Of a stretch of 64,000 nucleotides of DNA, positions 12,623 to 25,932 are shown in pieces. The DNA is from Eledone cirrhosa. Its lineage: Eukaryota. Position numbers and translations under genes: made by a program. The DNA lies in contig OZ024740.1 in NCBI GenBank assembly GCA_964016885.1, forward strand, positions 180,296,001-180,360,000. Direction: 5' to 3'. How positions within the stretch are numbered: position 1 is the first letter of the stretch; every line of letters starts with the position of its first letter. The notes beneath the pieces were generated by a model. The model saw only the letters and a program-made list of their open reading frames with translations, ran no database searches and was not told the DNA's origin.

Positions 12623-15364
12623 TATAACAGGTGATTGTAAGTTCATTATTTACATCAACGTTTCACTCAAGATTAGCAGTTTGAAATCGTGGTATACATC
12701 AACAGCTCAGCTTGTATATTTGGGGTCTATATTCTAAGGGGGCTCTTTTATATTAGTTGTAGGAGTTGTAAAAGGGATGGGTTATAGGGAGTTAAGAGAA
12801 TTTGAAAAGGGCCTAAGAGTTAGGCATTGAAGGTTAAAAATTAAAGAATTTATAAGTTACGCATTAAAAGTGAAAGACTTGGGATCTCGTAAAAGCACCT
12901 TAAAAAATCCCTCAATAAGCGCATAAAGCTTATACGCCCCAATAAACCTAAAAAACCAGAAGAGATTAAGAGAATCAAAAACATAAAACAATAAAAATAA
13001 AAAGTTTCCTAAAAAATCCCTTCAAAAGAAAAAAAAAAATTTCTATGCGATTCCCTTAAAAAATTTTAGAAAATTTACGAAGATTTAATAATCCCTACGA
13101 AGATTTAATAATCCCTCAAAAATTAAAAATTAAAAATTAGGGGAAAGAACTTTCAATAAGATTTAAGAGGTTAATAAAGTTAATTATTTAGGGAATCCAT
13201 AATATAAAGATTAAGATTTAAGTTAGAATTTGAAGTTTAAGAGTTCCAAACCCAGAAATTTAAAAATTTTATGAATTTAAGATTAAGCAATCTTATATAT
13301 CCAAGATTAAAAATTAAAGATTAAGAGGTTGAACATTAAATTTAATTTTAAAAATTAAGAAATAAATAGTTGAAAGAAATTAATCAATTAAATGTTAATT
13401 CAAAAAGCCTTCAAAAAATCCCTCAGAAAAGGCCCTTTAATATTTTTAATAAAAACCTCTTCCGAAAGACCCTTCAAAGAATTAAAATTTTAGAGAACCT
13501 TTAAAAATATATATATATGAATTGAGGAAAATTAAAGATTAAAAATTTAAAATTACGGGATTTGGAGGATCCGAGGAATTTCCAAAGGGCTGCTTCAACA
13601 GATACAACAACTTAGGTATAATAAATAAAGTAATTTAAGTAATCTAATTAAGGACCAATTCAAAGAGCTTATCAAGTTGGGCAAGATTAAAGAAAATGAT
13701 AAGTAAGAAATCATATAAGCAAAAAGACAATAATTATGAAATTTATTTTTAAGAAGGTATTAAATAGCTTCAGTAATCTAATAATGTATTATCAAAAAAA
13801 TATTAATATAGGATTAACAAAGACATAATAATATATTCCTGCCTAATTAACAAACAATCAATAAACAATTAACAGTCAAGCAAATTTACTCAGGGATATC
13901 CCACGTACGGATACTTTACACACATACAGCAAGATGAACAATACAGCTGACCTTGTAGGTGCGATATCCATTGTGCGCATGCAATCATCTGCATAGCTCC
14001 AGGCACAGTTGGTCTTGTTGAAAAGTTCCGAGTTCACGAATCAACTGGGATTCACTATCAGGTGTGTGGACTCTCTGGGAGATGTACCTGTGGATCAAAT
14101 AGCTAGTGGTCGCAGGATGTGGTCCTTTCGATCTTTTCCATGTAGTTTCGGTCGTGCCAGTTATTAAGCCATGCGTGGGATTGCACGCGTTTGCGATAGA
14201 TCAGCCTGCCGGTTCTAAATCCAAGGTTTTGCTGTATAGGATATATTGGTGTACATGATATATCGGTAAAAAAGTCCAGTATGGACTTGACTGGGGTGGT
14301 ATATTGCGTCTCTCGCTATTATCCTCTTTTCTCACCAATTCCAAGTTTACACGCGACTGGTCAAATGCTTGGGGCTGTCGCCTCTTTGTTTGTTGTAGGG
14401 GTCGGTTCTAGCTTAGATGGTGGTCGTGTTATCCATGTTGCTTCTATATCCCGTCAGTCATGCATATTCAAGACAGATCACGGTATATATGCAGATATTT
14501 GCGGGTACGGTCCGGCGTCTACGCTATCCAGCGTGTCTCACTTGTGGTATTTTCAAATTCGCATGTCATCTCCCGGTTAAGTCTGCGCATGCTTCGGTCA
14601 ATCCCGTGCATGGAATCTTGGGGTATCATATTACACGGGGTGACTAGCAGAAAATACATACTCCATGCTATCGCGCACGCGCAGGCCTGTGGCTACGACC
14701 ATGTCCAGTCTCGGGTAGTAGCAGACAGCAGGTAGACCAGCAAGACACACCCCTGTTCAAGGGGCACAACCCCTAACTTATCGAGTGGTCAGACATCAAG
14801 GGAGTCAACTCTCCAAACCCATTATGTCAACCGTGGTTATATACAAAAATATCCTTATTAATAAAGAACTAACTAAAAAAAAATCACTATTAATAAAGAA
14901 CTAACTCAAAAGAAATGAATGGGAGAGAATGGGGAGGGGGATCTATTGGGGCGGGGGTTTACTAGGGGAGGGGGGGTTGATTGGTTATAGGCAGGGAACG
15001 GCCGCCACATTGGGTGCTCCGCTACTGTTCCCTTGGGCAAATTCCCGAATTTGTTGATATGTGTCTCCGACGGTACATCCTCAGACCAGTCAACGTGGTT
15101 CCAGGCACTCGTAATATCCCACACTGCAGGCCTCAGCTGCCCCCAGGGCGCCCAGCAACAATGCTGCCACCAATCCCAAGTTGGCAAGCGGGACACAGGA
15201 TCGACTGTTCGTCACCGGAGTCCCCATCGGCAAGTGGGGAGCCGAGGCATCAATGGGGCCGGGATTACTCAAGAACACCCTATTCACCAGCGGGGCAGCA
15301 ATGTGCGAGACAGGATGGGGTCAGGGTTAGGTGTCTGGTCTGAAGAAAAAGAAAGATCTAAGTA

Positions 15365-15612
15365 GAGTATGGGGGGCAGGACGAGAAGATTTCTGACCTT
15401 CTGTTGAGCAAGTTAAGTCCTGAGAATACTATGGCATGAGATTCAGTTAGGCACAGGCTACAAAAGCTGCTCAACGAGCTATATGGAGGAGCTTTAGTAA
15501 GGCATCTCCAGCTTAGTGTGTAGGGGCTTTTTGCTTGTTTTAAGTTATGTATGTGTCCCGCAAACGACGTGGTATTTTTAAGCTTCTCACGTCGTTTCCA
15601 CAGAAATTGCCA
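15365..15612 (-). pseudogene. Naiad-type PLE GIY-YIG endonuclease C-terminal fragment
   Basis: NTTSFAGHIHNLKQAKSPYTLSWRCLTKAPPYSSLSSFCSLCLTESHAIVFSGLNLLNRRSEIFSSC aligns by eye with the C-terminus encoded at 21330-21545. Confidence 0.8.
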
Positions 15613-15644
15613 TTTATATAGTATATACATACATATATATAATG

Positions 15645-16675
15645 AAGGAGGTGTGGTAAGGACCATAAAGAACCAGGGTACTCAATACGTAGGGTAGTAT
15701 AGTGGGTAATAGGAAGATGTTTAACGCCGACGGCAGAACTTGAGCCGTTTCGACGGCTATTTCTGGACTAAGTTAGAATTTGTAACGTGGTAAATAAATC
15801 GCCGAACTTTTCAAGAGGTATGTCCTTATGTTGGAAGATTGTAGTTGTCAAAAGGATTCGTCAACCTTTCTTGTAAACAAAATTAAATCTTTCATAGCTT
15901 CATGGCAATGGGTGGGAGGTGGGGTGGCTGAAATTGCCTGTAGAACAATGAGGGAGTGGCTGGAGCCGGTCAAGCGTTCAAAGTGAATTATATACATCAA
16001 ATTCTAAGGAGTGTGTAAGAAATCATGCTAGATAGGAAGCAGGCGAAAAATGATTCTGTAGAAAATAGAGAGGGGACGTTATAGAATAGGTTAATAAATT
16101 GAGATTAGAAGATAATAAATAAATAAATAAATATATAAAAATAATAATATTGGATAGTAAAAGGTAATAAAAAAAGTCTCTAGAGTCTAAAGCAGCTGCT
16201 ATATTTAGTTGGTATTGCATTTTAGGCCAATATATAATTTACTGGGGTGGGGGTACTGAGGCTACAAAAGCCCGATGGGCTGCCTCGGGGTAGGCGAAAG
16301 ATGAAAGGGGCAAATGAAGTGGATAGGGAGTGGAAGGAAGTGATAGGAAGAGATAAAGGGAAGAAAATAAAAAGGAAAAGAAAAGAGGTACATCTACCTA
16401 CGTTAGCTGGTGTTTCCTCTATCTTGTTCGGCAAGTGGGGAAAAGGAGGATGTTGCAGCCATTGTCTACCCACCGGGACATGAAGTGATTTGAGGGCGAG
16501 GTAAGTCCTACGCAATCGGTATTTTGGTTTGGGAGTTGGTCCTTCGTAAACAACATTTGTAATATTTCCTCCGAGCATAAGTTATACGGAAGGCGTCCTC
16601 CCGTGTAGGAGTTAGCCCAGGACAGTAAGATCCAAGTAAGATTGTAGGCTATGTTATTATCTTGAATGACCTAAC
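15645..16675 (-). mobile_element. Naiad-type PLE 3' fragment plus pLTR
   Basis: ~16505-16670(-) translates IQDNNIAYNLTWILLSWANSYTGGRLPYNLCSEEILQML. The terminal part 15645-15770 is homologous to 43117-43260. HHR-like motif at 15741-15817. Confidence 0.72.
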
Positions 16676-16852
16676 TGCTACACGGGAGGACGCACTCGAT
16701 AACTTTAACATTTATCTATTCTTTACACACTGTTTCCTGAACCTTACGTCTCTTTAACTCTCTTTTACAAAATATGTACTGTGACTGTTTGTGTGTGTGT
16801 TGTGTGTGTCTGGGGAAATTACAATGTCCGCACACACTCACACAAACACGCA

Positions 16853-16892
16853 TCTATATATATATATATATAAAACTGAGGATGTGTGTGTG

Positions 16893-16925
<33 letters not shown>

Positions 16926-17705
16926 GTACCCACATAACATCTACAACTTACATCCAATTTTCTTCAAGTTTGGAACAAACATGGGTTATTTTCCCATAAG
17001 TATTGTGGCCTCATCAAATTTTCAGCTTTTTATCTGTTTTATCTATCTAGGTAGACGAAGGCTGTCTCTGGATCACCGTGACAATCACGTCATGTGTGAA
17101 ATTTAAATAATTGTTGGTTAACATTTTACTCATTTTAGTGTGTTAAGTCCTCTTTCCTGAGACAATGCCTCCAAGGAAGAGACTCGCCATTGGTAGAAAA
17201 ACGGCAAAAGCTGACAGAGGGAAAAGAAGAAAAGCGAATGAATCGTTAATGGAGGCTGCAATTAGATGATCGCAATATGTGGAACGTAAAGCGTGAGAAA
17301 AATACGAGCAGCGTTGTATTTAAGACAGGTTATGTATGTACTTCGAATGGTCTTGGGCACCTTCATTTTCCAAGATATTGATTATAAGATTGGGGGGAGG
17401 GGCAGGTAAACCACTTTAACCGCTTCATTGTAGTCGATTGAAGTACTGCAGTGCAATGCAAAAAGACGCCATTACTTCTGGAGTTCGCAACCGATTTTCG
17501 CCAACCCAGACAGATGGGCCACCTATGTTCTACAGATGAATTTGACCATATATTGAGTAAGAGACCCCCGTGAGGAGGAAATCCCTTTTGAAAAAACCCG
17601 ATGACGTTGTACAAGAATAGATTTCAAGGCAGTACTGAAGTATTGACATGAATGCTATACATGACTGCTATTTAATAACCGCGCAACGCCGGGTGCCTCT
17701 GCTAG
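16853..17705 (+). mobile_element. Non-autonomous Helitron
   Basis: A|TCTATATA...AAAACTGAGG 5' end. 3' hairpin CCGCGCAACGCCGGG followed by CTGCTAG|T. Canonical A|T insertion site with no TSD. Confidence 0.85.
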
Positions 17706-17708
17706 TAT

Positions 17709-17784
<76 letters not shown>

Positions 17785-18678
17785 GCATACACACACACAC
17801 ACACATACACATATACACACACACACACATACACACTCACACACACATACTAACGCGCACACACATATACACACACATATATATATATATATATATGCAT
17901 ATATATTATATATACAAATATATATATTGGATGTGACCTCTTCAGGCAGTCCGAATTGGTGTGGGAAAGACAATACATCGTCAATACATCGATATGTTCA
18001 GCTGTTGGTTGTGATGTTAATCCTCTGAGGAACTGGATTCATATGTAAACAACCAACATATATACTATAAATATATATATATATATATACATATATATAG
18101 ATGTATATATATATAAGTTTATACCAGGTTCAAGCGGGGGTAAACTAATTAAGTAAGGTACTCTATACAAGGCAGAGTATAAATATTTAATATAGAAAAG
18201 CTTCTACAGAACTAGAACTGATTCATTAGGGAGAAATCATCAGCAAGCTGGCTGTCCAAGTAGCATGGTAGTATTGATATATTTTCTGGTGGTATGTGAG
18301 GGTGGTGATTGGGATGGGTGGAGGTCATTGTTTGATGGGTTTAAAGAAAAGGGAATTCTTAAAAAAACTATATTTAGAATAACAAAGGCAGAAATAATTC
18401 TAGAGACAGGTTCACTCTGGGGTGCCACTCCTCATATTTATGGCTCACTTAATCTAACAGTACTTTTGGTTAGGTGTCTACAAGCACGGTCACAGACGCA
18501 CACATAAAACCCCACTCCCACATCCTCGCAAAACACACTATTATATCTGTATATATATATATATATGTAAAAAAATATATATATATAAGAGTTAAACAAG
18601 ATTCAATGAGTATATCACAGAATGTGTTTTACAGTAGATTGGAAGCAATCTACGGTAAAAATAATTTTCCAGAGTTAT

Positions 18679-18964
18679 TAATATTAAAATACAAATATTA
18701 ATAAAATAGATGTTCTTTTGATCAATTACATTTTATTATACATATTTCGGAGGTACAACAGTACATCCTCATCAGACAAAATATAATGATACATGACATA
18801 TCCTGAGATTTTAAATGGTTAAGATTAAATCTTAACCATTTAACATCTCGGGGTATGACAAATATCATTATATTTTGTATGATGAGGATGTACTGTTGTA
18901 CCTCCGAAATATGTATAATAAAATGTAATTGATCAAAAGAACATCTATTTTATTAATATTTGTA

Positions 18965-18972
<8 letters not shown>
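18679..18972. repeat. Fold-back palindrome of a pLTR end with two outward-facing HHR motifs
   Basis: Centre AAATGGTTAAGATT-A-AATCTTAACCATTT. Minus HHR 18731-18781: TTTTGT-CTGATGA-GGA.GTAC/GTAC.TCC-GAAA-TATGTA-TA-ATAAAA. The plus copy at 18873-18922 has ATGATGA. Confidence 0.82.
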
Positions 18973-19022
<50 letters not shown>

Positions 19023-19023
<1 letters not shown>

Positions 19024-19398
19024 GATATTAAATAAATGGAAACTATATTTATAAAACCATATTTATTTCATTATATATATTTCAGGGATATCATATTAAA
19101 AATATGTTATGCCTTCTTCAGACAAAATACAATATAAACAGTCTTATAAATAGATAGATTTGACATACCTTTCAACTTCAACTTCCATTTAAAAAGTTGA
19201 TTTGGTAGTGAAAAATGTTAGGGACAGTTATAAAAAGAAAGAAAGAAAAAAGAAAGAAAGAAAAAACGAAGAAAAAGAAGAAATGCATGCAACTAAATAG
19301 AGAGAGATAGATATAGAGAGATAGATAGAGAGAGGAATGCATGTAAAGAAACAGAGAGAGATATATAGAGAGAGGAAAAAACACAGAGGGAGATAGAT

Positions 19399-19436
<38 letters not shown>

Positions 19437-22400
19437 AAAAAATAGAGAGAGATAGATATAGATAGAGATAGAGAGAAAGAAAATAGGTAGTTGGGCACCA
19501 GTTGAATGACGTATCAATGATATATTTATTTATTTATTTATTCATTTAGTTCTAGTATTAATATAGAGAGAGATATATGTGGTTAGGAGAGAAAACAGCC
19601 GTTACATAGAGAGAAAAGAAAAATATCCAGACATAAACGAGGCAGATTTAAAATGTTTCATCAATGTAAAAATATCAAGCATTATAATGTAAATATCAGT
19701 ATTCATGAATGAGACACGTATCAATAATGTGTGAAAAATAATGATCATATGTCTAGTTTAAAATTCCTAGGTTTATATCAGAGTTGAGATAAAATAGAAG
19801 GTTATCCCAGATTCGATACTATAGACATCCATGTGAATTTACGTGATCAACTCTGCAAATTCCTATTTCACACGAAAACATTCTCATTGTGCTATAAAAA
19901 TTCTAGTATACATATATGTGTACATACACACAAATATATATAGAGTCTACATTAATTTTAACAATACTATTCTTGTCTTTACTCTACATGATTATCGTTC
20001 AAGCATAAATAAAGAACAGATATCAATATATCAATAAAAAATAAAAAAATAAAAAAATATAAAAATATGAAAAATAAAAATATTAAAAATATTAAAAATA
20101 AAAAATAAATAATAAAAAATAAAACATAGTATGCCCCGCAAATCAACCACAGAGATCAACCCTTCAAGGTTAATTGACAATATATTGCCAAGTTCGTTAT
20201 AAGCATCAGAATCAAAAGCAAAACAAAACCAAAATTATCTACCAAATCCTGTCTAGCAGAAATCATTCCAAAAGTTTAGGATACCCATTTGATCTACAGA
20301 TGGTCTTATATTTAATATAGAGGTTTATCTAGTGTAAAATTTATTCGATATATTTGGAGCATCAGCTTTTAGGGTAGTTTAATCATTCATGAAGAATGTT
20401 TAAAATAAAAAAGAAATCGAAAGATTTATCGGCGAGTTTCATAAATAATTATAAATCAAGTTAAATATACTACATTTTAAATTTATATTTATATTTAAAA
20501 GTTGAGTTCAATCTATGTCTGCAGCAACTGAATAAATTTTTCCGTAAATTAAGGGAATTTTTAGATTTTAGTATAAAGAATATCTCCTCCGCGCAGAGGT
20601 CACATGTCTCAGAGGATGAATTAAAAGGAATCCCTCTTGAGACTATATTCCAAGCCGTCGAATATCCAACGTTATCATGCTTAAGTTGCCAGAGTAAGCC
20701 AGATAGTGATGTTGAAGATTTTTTGCTTGGATCTGTGAAAGAATTCTTGTGGTTATTATAGCGAAGTTTAAATTCTGTCGAGGTGGAACCAACATAGTTA
20801 AAAGAATTTAAGTCCGTTTTAACATTACAGTTGTATATTATATTTTTAACTAAGCAATTGTTATTTAACGGACATTTAGATCTATCTCTACAGTTACATT
20901 TGTTTACTTGGATATTATTTATGCGATTATCGGTATTTTGGCTAGGTTTTAAATTCCTATTATTTATTCTATTAATATTTTGTGCTAAATTTTTGGTGGA
21001 TGAGTAAGTATTTTATAGTATGTCTATTGAAAATTGAGTGATACCTATGTGTTCTAGGGAAGCGATTATCAAGAGCATTAAAAAATAGTTTAGCGATGTG
21101 GGTTTTAATGTTTAGTGAGAAGGGGGGGGGGGAACCATATTATATTCCTAGTTCTATTTCTTTTTTGGCTTTTGGAATTATTGTAATGCTTTCTATTATA
21201 GTTGTTAAAAATATAATATACAACTGTAATGTTAAAACGGACTTAAATTCTTTTAACTATGTTGGTTCCACCTCGACAGAATTTAAACTTCGCTATAATA
21301 ACCACAAGAATTCTTTCACAGATCCAAGCAAAAAATCTTCAATATCACTATCTGGCTTACTCTGGCAACTTAAGCATGATAACGTTGGATATTCGACGGC
21401 TTGGAATATAGTCTCAAGAGGGATTCCTTTTAATTCATCCTCTGAGACATGTGACCTCTGCGCGGAGGAGATATTCTTTATACTAAAATCTAAAAATTCC
21501 CTTAATTTACGGACAAATTTATTCAGTTGCTGCAGACATAGATTGAACTCAACTTTTAAATATAAATATAAATTTAAAATGTAGTATATTTAACTTGATT
21601 TATAATTAATTATGAAACTCGCCGATAAATCTTTCGATTTCTTTTTTATTTTAAACATTCTTCATGAATGATTAAACTACCCTAAAAGCTGATGCTCCAA
21701 ATATATCGAATACATTTTACACTAGATAAACCTCTATATTAAATATAAGACCATCTGTTGATCAAATGGGTATCCTAAACTTTTGGAATGATTTCTGCTA
21801 GACAGTATTTGGTAGATAATTTTGGTTTTGGTTGCTTTTGATTCTGATGCTTATAACGAACTTGGCAATATATTGTCAATTAACCTTGAAGGGTTGATCT
21901 CTGTGGCTGATTTGCGGGGCATACTATGTTTTATTTTTTATTTTTTATTTTTTATTTTTTATTTTTAATATTTTTAATATTTTTATTTTTCATATTTTTA
22001 TATTTTTTCATTTTTTATTGATATATTGATATCTGTTCTTTATTTATGCTTGAACGATAATCATGTAGAGTAAAGACAAGAATAGTATTGTTAAAATTAA
22101 TGTAGACTCTATATATATTTGTGTGTATGTACACATATATGTATACTAGAATTTTTATAGCACAATGAGAATGTTTTCGTGTGAAATAGGAATTTGCAGA
22201 GTTGATCACGTAAATTCACATGGATGTCTATAGTATCGAATCTGGGATAACCTTCTATTTTATCTCAACTCTGATATAAACCTAGGAATTTTAAACTAGA
22301 CATATGATCATTATTTTTCACACATTATTGATACGTGTCTCATTCATGAATACTGATATTTACATTATAATGCTTGATATTTTTACATTGATGAAACATT

Positions 22401-23109
22401 TTAAATCTGCCTCGTTTATGTCTGGATATTTTTCTTTTCTCTCTATGTAACGGCTGTTTTCTCTCCTAACCACATATATCTCTCTCTATATTAATACTAG
22501 AACTAAATGAATAAATAAATAAATAAATATATCATTGATACGTCATTCAACTGGTGCCCAACTACCTATTTTCTTTCTCTCTATCTCTATCTATATCTCT
22601 CTCTCTCTATTTTTCTTTCTCTCTCTCTCTTCTCTCTCTCTCTCTCTATCTATCTCCCTCTGTGTTTTTTCCTCTCTCTATATATCTCTCTCTGTTTCTT
22701 TACATGAATTCCTCTCTCTATCTATCTCTCTATATCTATCTCTCTCTATTTAGTTGCATGCATTTCTTCTTTTTCTTCGTTTTTTCTTTCTTTCTTTTTT
22801 TCTTTCTTTCTTTTTATAACTGTCCCTAACATTTTTCACTACCAAATCAACTTTTTAAATGGAAGTTGAAGTTGAAAGGTATGTCAAATCTATCTATTTA
22901 TAAGACTGTTTATATTGTATTTTGTCTGAAGAAGGCATAACATATTTTTAATATGATATCCCTGAAATATATATAATGAAATAAATATGGTTTTATAAAT
23001 ATAGTTTCCATTTATTTAATATCGTAAATATACTCCAAATACTTGTTGAGTGCTTTTATATCAGTTATAAATATTTACTCGTTGTAACCCAACAATTTAA
23101 ATAAAACTT

Positions 23110-23112
<3 letters not shown>
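19023..23112. mobile_element. Naiad-type PLE as a tail-out inverted duplication (~1.8-kb arms)
   Basis: 19023-20851 is the reverse complement of ~21203-23025. The minus copy continues to ~21200 with RTRNIIWFPPPFSLNIKTHIAKLFFNALDNRFPRTH and CNCRDRSKCPLNNNCLVKNIIY. GIY-YIG reads YVGSTSTEFKLRYNNHK...CDLCAEE...CCRH. Confidence 0.92.
22918..22983 (+). ncRNA. Type I hammerhead ribozyme in Naiad pLTR (mirror copy 19064-19129 on minus)
   Basis: TATTTTGT-CTGAAGA-AGG..CATATT tt TAATATG..CCT-GAAA-TATATA-TA-ATGAAATA. Canonical core, 8-bp stem I with two G-U pairs, palindromic stem III. Confidence 0.8.
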
Positions 23113-23167
<55 letters not shown>

Positions 23168-23570
23168 GATACATAATTTTTAATTTTTAATTTTAATTAT
23201 TGTACAATTCTCTTGGAATCTATGTTACATCCATTTCACCTTGTAAATACGAAACTGTTGACAACATTAATATCCATGTATCTATATTATTGTTCAGTTG
23301 AATAGGAGGTTAATTTTATGCACATACACTGCTACTGCTCCGATGATTCCAAACGATAGTTTGGAAAAACGATTGTTAGAAATAAAATGATTTGAATATA
23401 GCTTTGATTATTGTGTAATTTATATACATACATATATGTCTTTTCCACGCCAATTCGGACTACCTGAAGGGGTCACAGCCAATAATGACTATCACCGAAA
23501 TATATATAGCAGTAAATCTATAGTTTATAATAAACGAAGACAAATTTTACATATTTGACTTACTTATTTA

Positions 23571-23640
<70 letters not shown>

Positions 23641-23776
23641 GTATAGGATTATCCAAGATGTAGTAATGGTTAATTACTACACTGGATATGGTTGACGTAC
23701 GGTAAGAGGTTACTCTACGAGTTATGGATGAATTGTTCAAGAAACTTAGTTCCTGATCCTTCAGTATTCCGGAGTG

Positions 23777-23921
23777 TATATAAAGAATGAATAATAACAG
23801 GTAGACATCATAAAAAGGTAATTTATTCCGTGTGCTTACAAGTGTTTCCACCACCTTTGAAACACTTGTAAGCACACGGAATAAATTACCTTTTTATGAT
23901 GTCTACCTGTTATTATTCATT

Positions 23922-23930
<9 letters not shown>
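23777..23930. repeat. Near-perfect fold-back palindrome of a pLTR end (about 72-bp arms)
   Basis: ...CTTACAAGTGTTTC caccaccttt GAAACACTTGTAAG... Each arm starts at the GAAA-CACTTG-TA-AGCA half of an HHR. Confidence 0.85.
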
Positions 23931-23994
<64 letters not shown>

Positions 23995-24614
23995 ATATAT
24001 ATATATGTGTGTGTGTGTGCGTGTGTGTGTGTGCCTGTGTGTGTGTATCTATGTGTGTGTCTGTGTGAATAAAAGATGCAGTAAGATAAATTAATACAAT
24101 AAGCATGCCCGTAAGGGAATACGTAGTAAAAGAAAACGTATAAGAGGATACTCTGACATGAGTGAATCACATGCATGGAAGAGAATGCAATATACAAAAA
24201 CAAACAAGAAAATATAAATTATAACCGAATATTTCTTTTACTTGAAATAGCCCCATTAATTTGCTGCAGGTATTCTTGGGAGATTGATTTTTATTGGTAA
24301 AAGGCATTCTCTTTGTTTATATAATATAAATGTTTATAACTGATTCTGAGCACTAAAAAAGTTTTCTGCATGTTAATATTCAATGATATTAAATAAAGGG
24401 AAACTATATTTATAAAACCATATTTATTCTATTATATATATTCCAAGGAAAACTTGAACCGTTAAGGTATATTTTCCGTGGTTATGTCAACATTTATAAA
24501 ACACATTTCGTATTTTATTTGATGATAGTGTACCAAAATGTTGGTACCCTTGAAATACATATAATATAATAAATATGGTTTCATAAATATGGTTTCCATT
24601 TATTTAATATCATG

Positions 24615-25358
24615 GTATATATATATATGTATGTATACGTACATATATATATGTATGTATACGTACATACATATATGTATAAAGCATACAGTAGTATGTA
24701 TATATATATATATATGTACGTATCAGTTTACCGAACATTTATTATAATATTCGGTTTGTTTGTAAACACAGAGCCCGAATTAAGCCGTACAGTGTTTAGC
24801 AACCATCGTTGCCCTTTTGTTCAACACTGACAAAGGAACGATGTACTTGTTTCAAGCTTATTAGCTATCGTCAGCATCATGTCCTGCCAGATAATTGAAT
24901 GTCTAAAAGTATATACTTTCCTTATCCATATTAACGGCTGAGCAGCCTAATTTGCATATCGAGTGAGTTTAATTGGCCGGGCGCACCGAAAACAATAAAT
25001 GGCAAAAATGAAACGAAATTTCATTTCTCACTCTTAGTACGGCATTTACTTAAATGTAAGTATGTCTGTATACGTACATACATATATGTATACAGGCGTA
25101 CAGTAGTATGTATATATATACATACATGTACACATATATGTATTGCATGAGGAAAGTATATTCTTTCAGACGTTCAATTATCTGGCAGGAAGGTATATGA
25201 TGCTTACCGTAGCTAATAAGCTTGAAACTAGTACATATTTCCTTTACCAGTGTTGAACAATAGGGCAACGATCATTGCTAAACACTGTAAGGCTTAATTC
25301 GGGCTGTTTGTTTACAAACAAACCGAACATTATAAGAATTGTTCGGGAAACCGAGACG

Positions 25359-25407
<49 letters not shown>

Positions 25408-25525
25408 GTGTATGTATATAGATATATATACATACTACTGTAGGTCTGTATACATATATGTATGTACGTATACATACATACTTACATTTAAGTAACTGCC
25501 GTATTAAGAATGAGAAATTAAATTT
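24615..25525. mobile_element. Rearranged/inverted pLTR-like repeat family (also at 41090-41700) carrying an HHR
   Basis: 24730-24935 is the approximate reverse complement of 25140-25355. HHR 24839-24880(-): GATG-CTGACGA-T-AGCT aata AGCT-T-GAAA-CAAG-TA-CATC. Confidence 0.7.
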
Positions 25526-25544
25526 CGTTTCTTTTCTTCCATTT

Positions 25545-25545
25545 A

Positions 25546-25613
<68 letters not shown>

Positions 25614-25675
25614 TATATATATATATGTATATATATATTTGTATATATCTCTCTCTCTATATATATATATATCTA

Positions 25676-25772
<97 letters not shown>

Positions 25773-25851
25773 GTATATATATGTATATATACATATGTAT
25801 ATCTATATATATATATGTATATACATATAATTATATATACATATATATATG

Positions 25852-25885
<34 letters not shown>

Positions 25886-25930
25886 TATATGTATATATAT
25901 ATATATATATGTATATAAATATATAATTAT
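25545..25930. repeat. Long degenerate (TA)n microsatellite
   Basis: Seen directly. Confidence 0.95.
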
Positions 25931-25932
25931 AT

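Noticed and set aside
14281-15365. Overlapping 65-120 aa ORFs in GC-rich blocks
   Set aside because: Expected by chance at this GC content; no recognisable motifs.
20480-21590. Possible selenocysteine recoding in Naiad endonucleases (reported for some Naiads)
   Set aside because: The conserved Cys positions I read here and at 48915-48990 use TGT/TGC, not TGA, and no convincing SECIS fold was seen by eye downstream.
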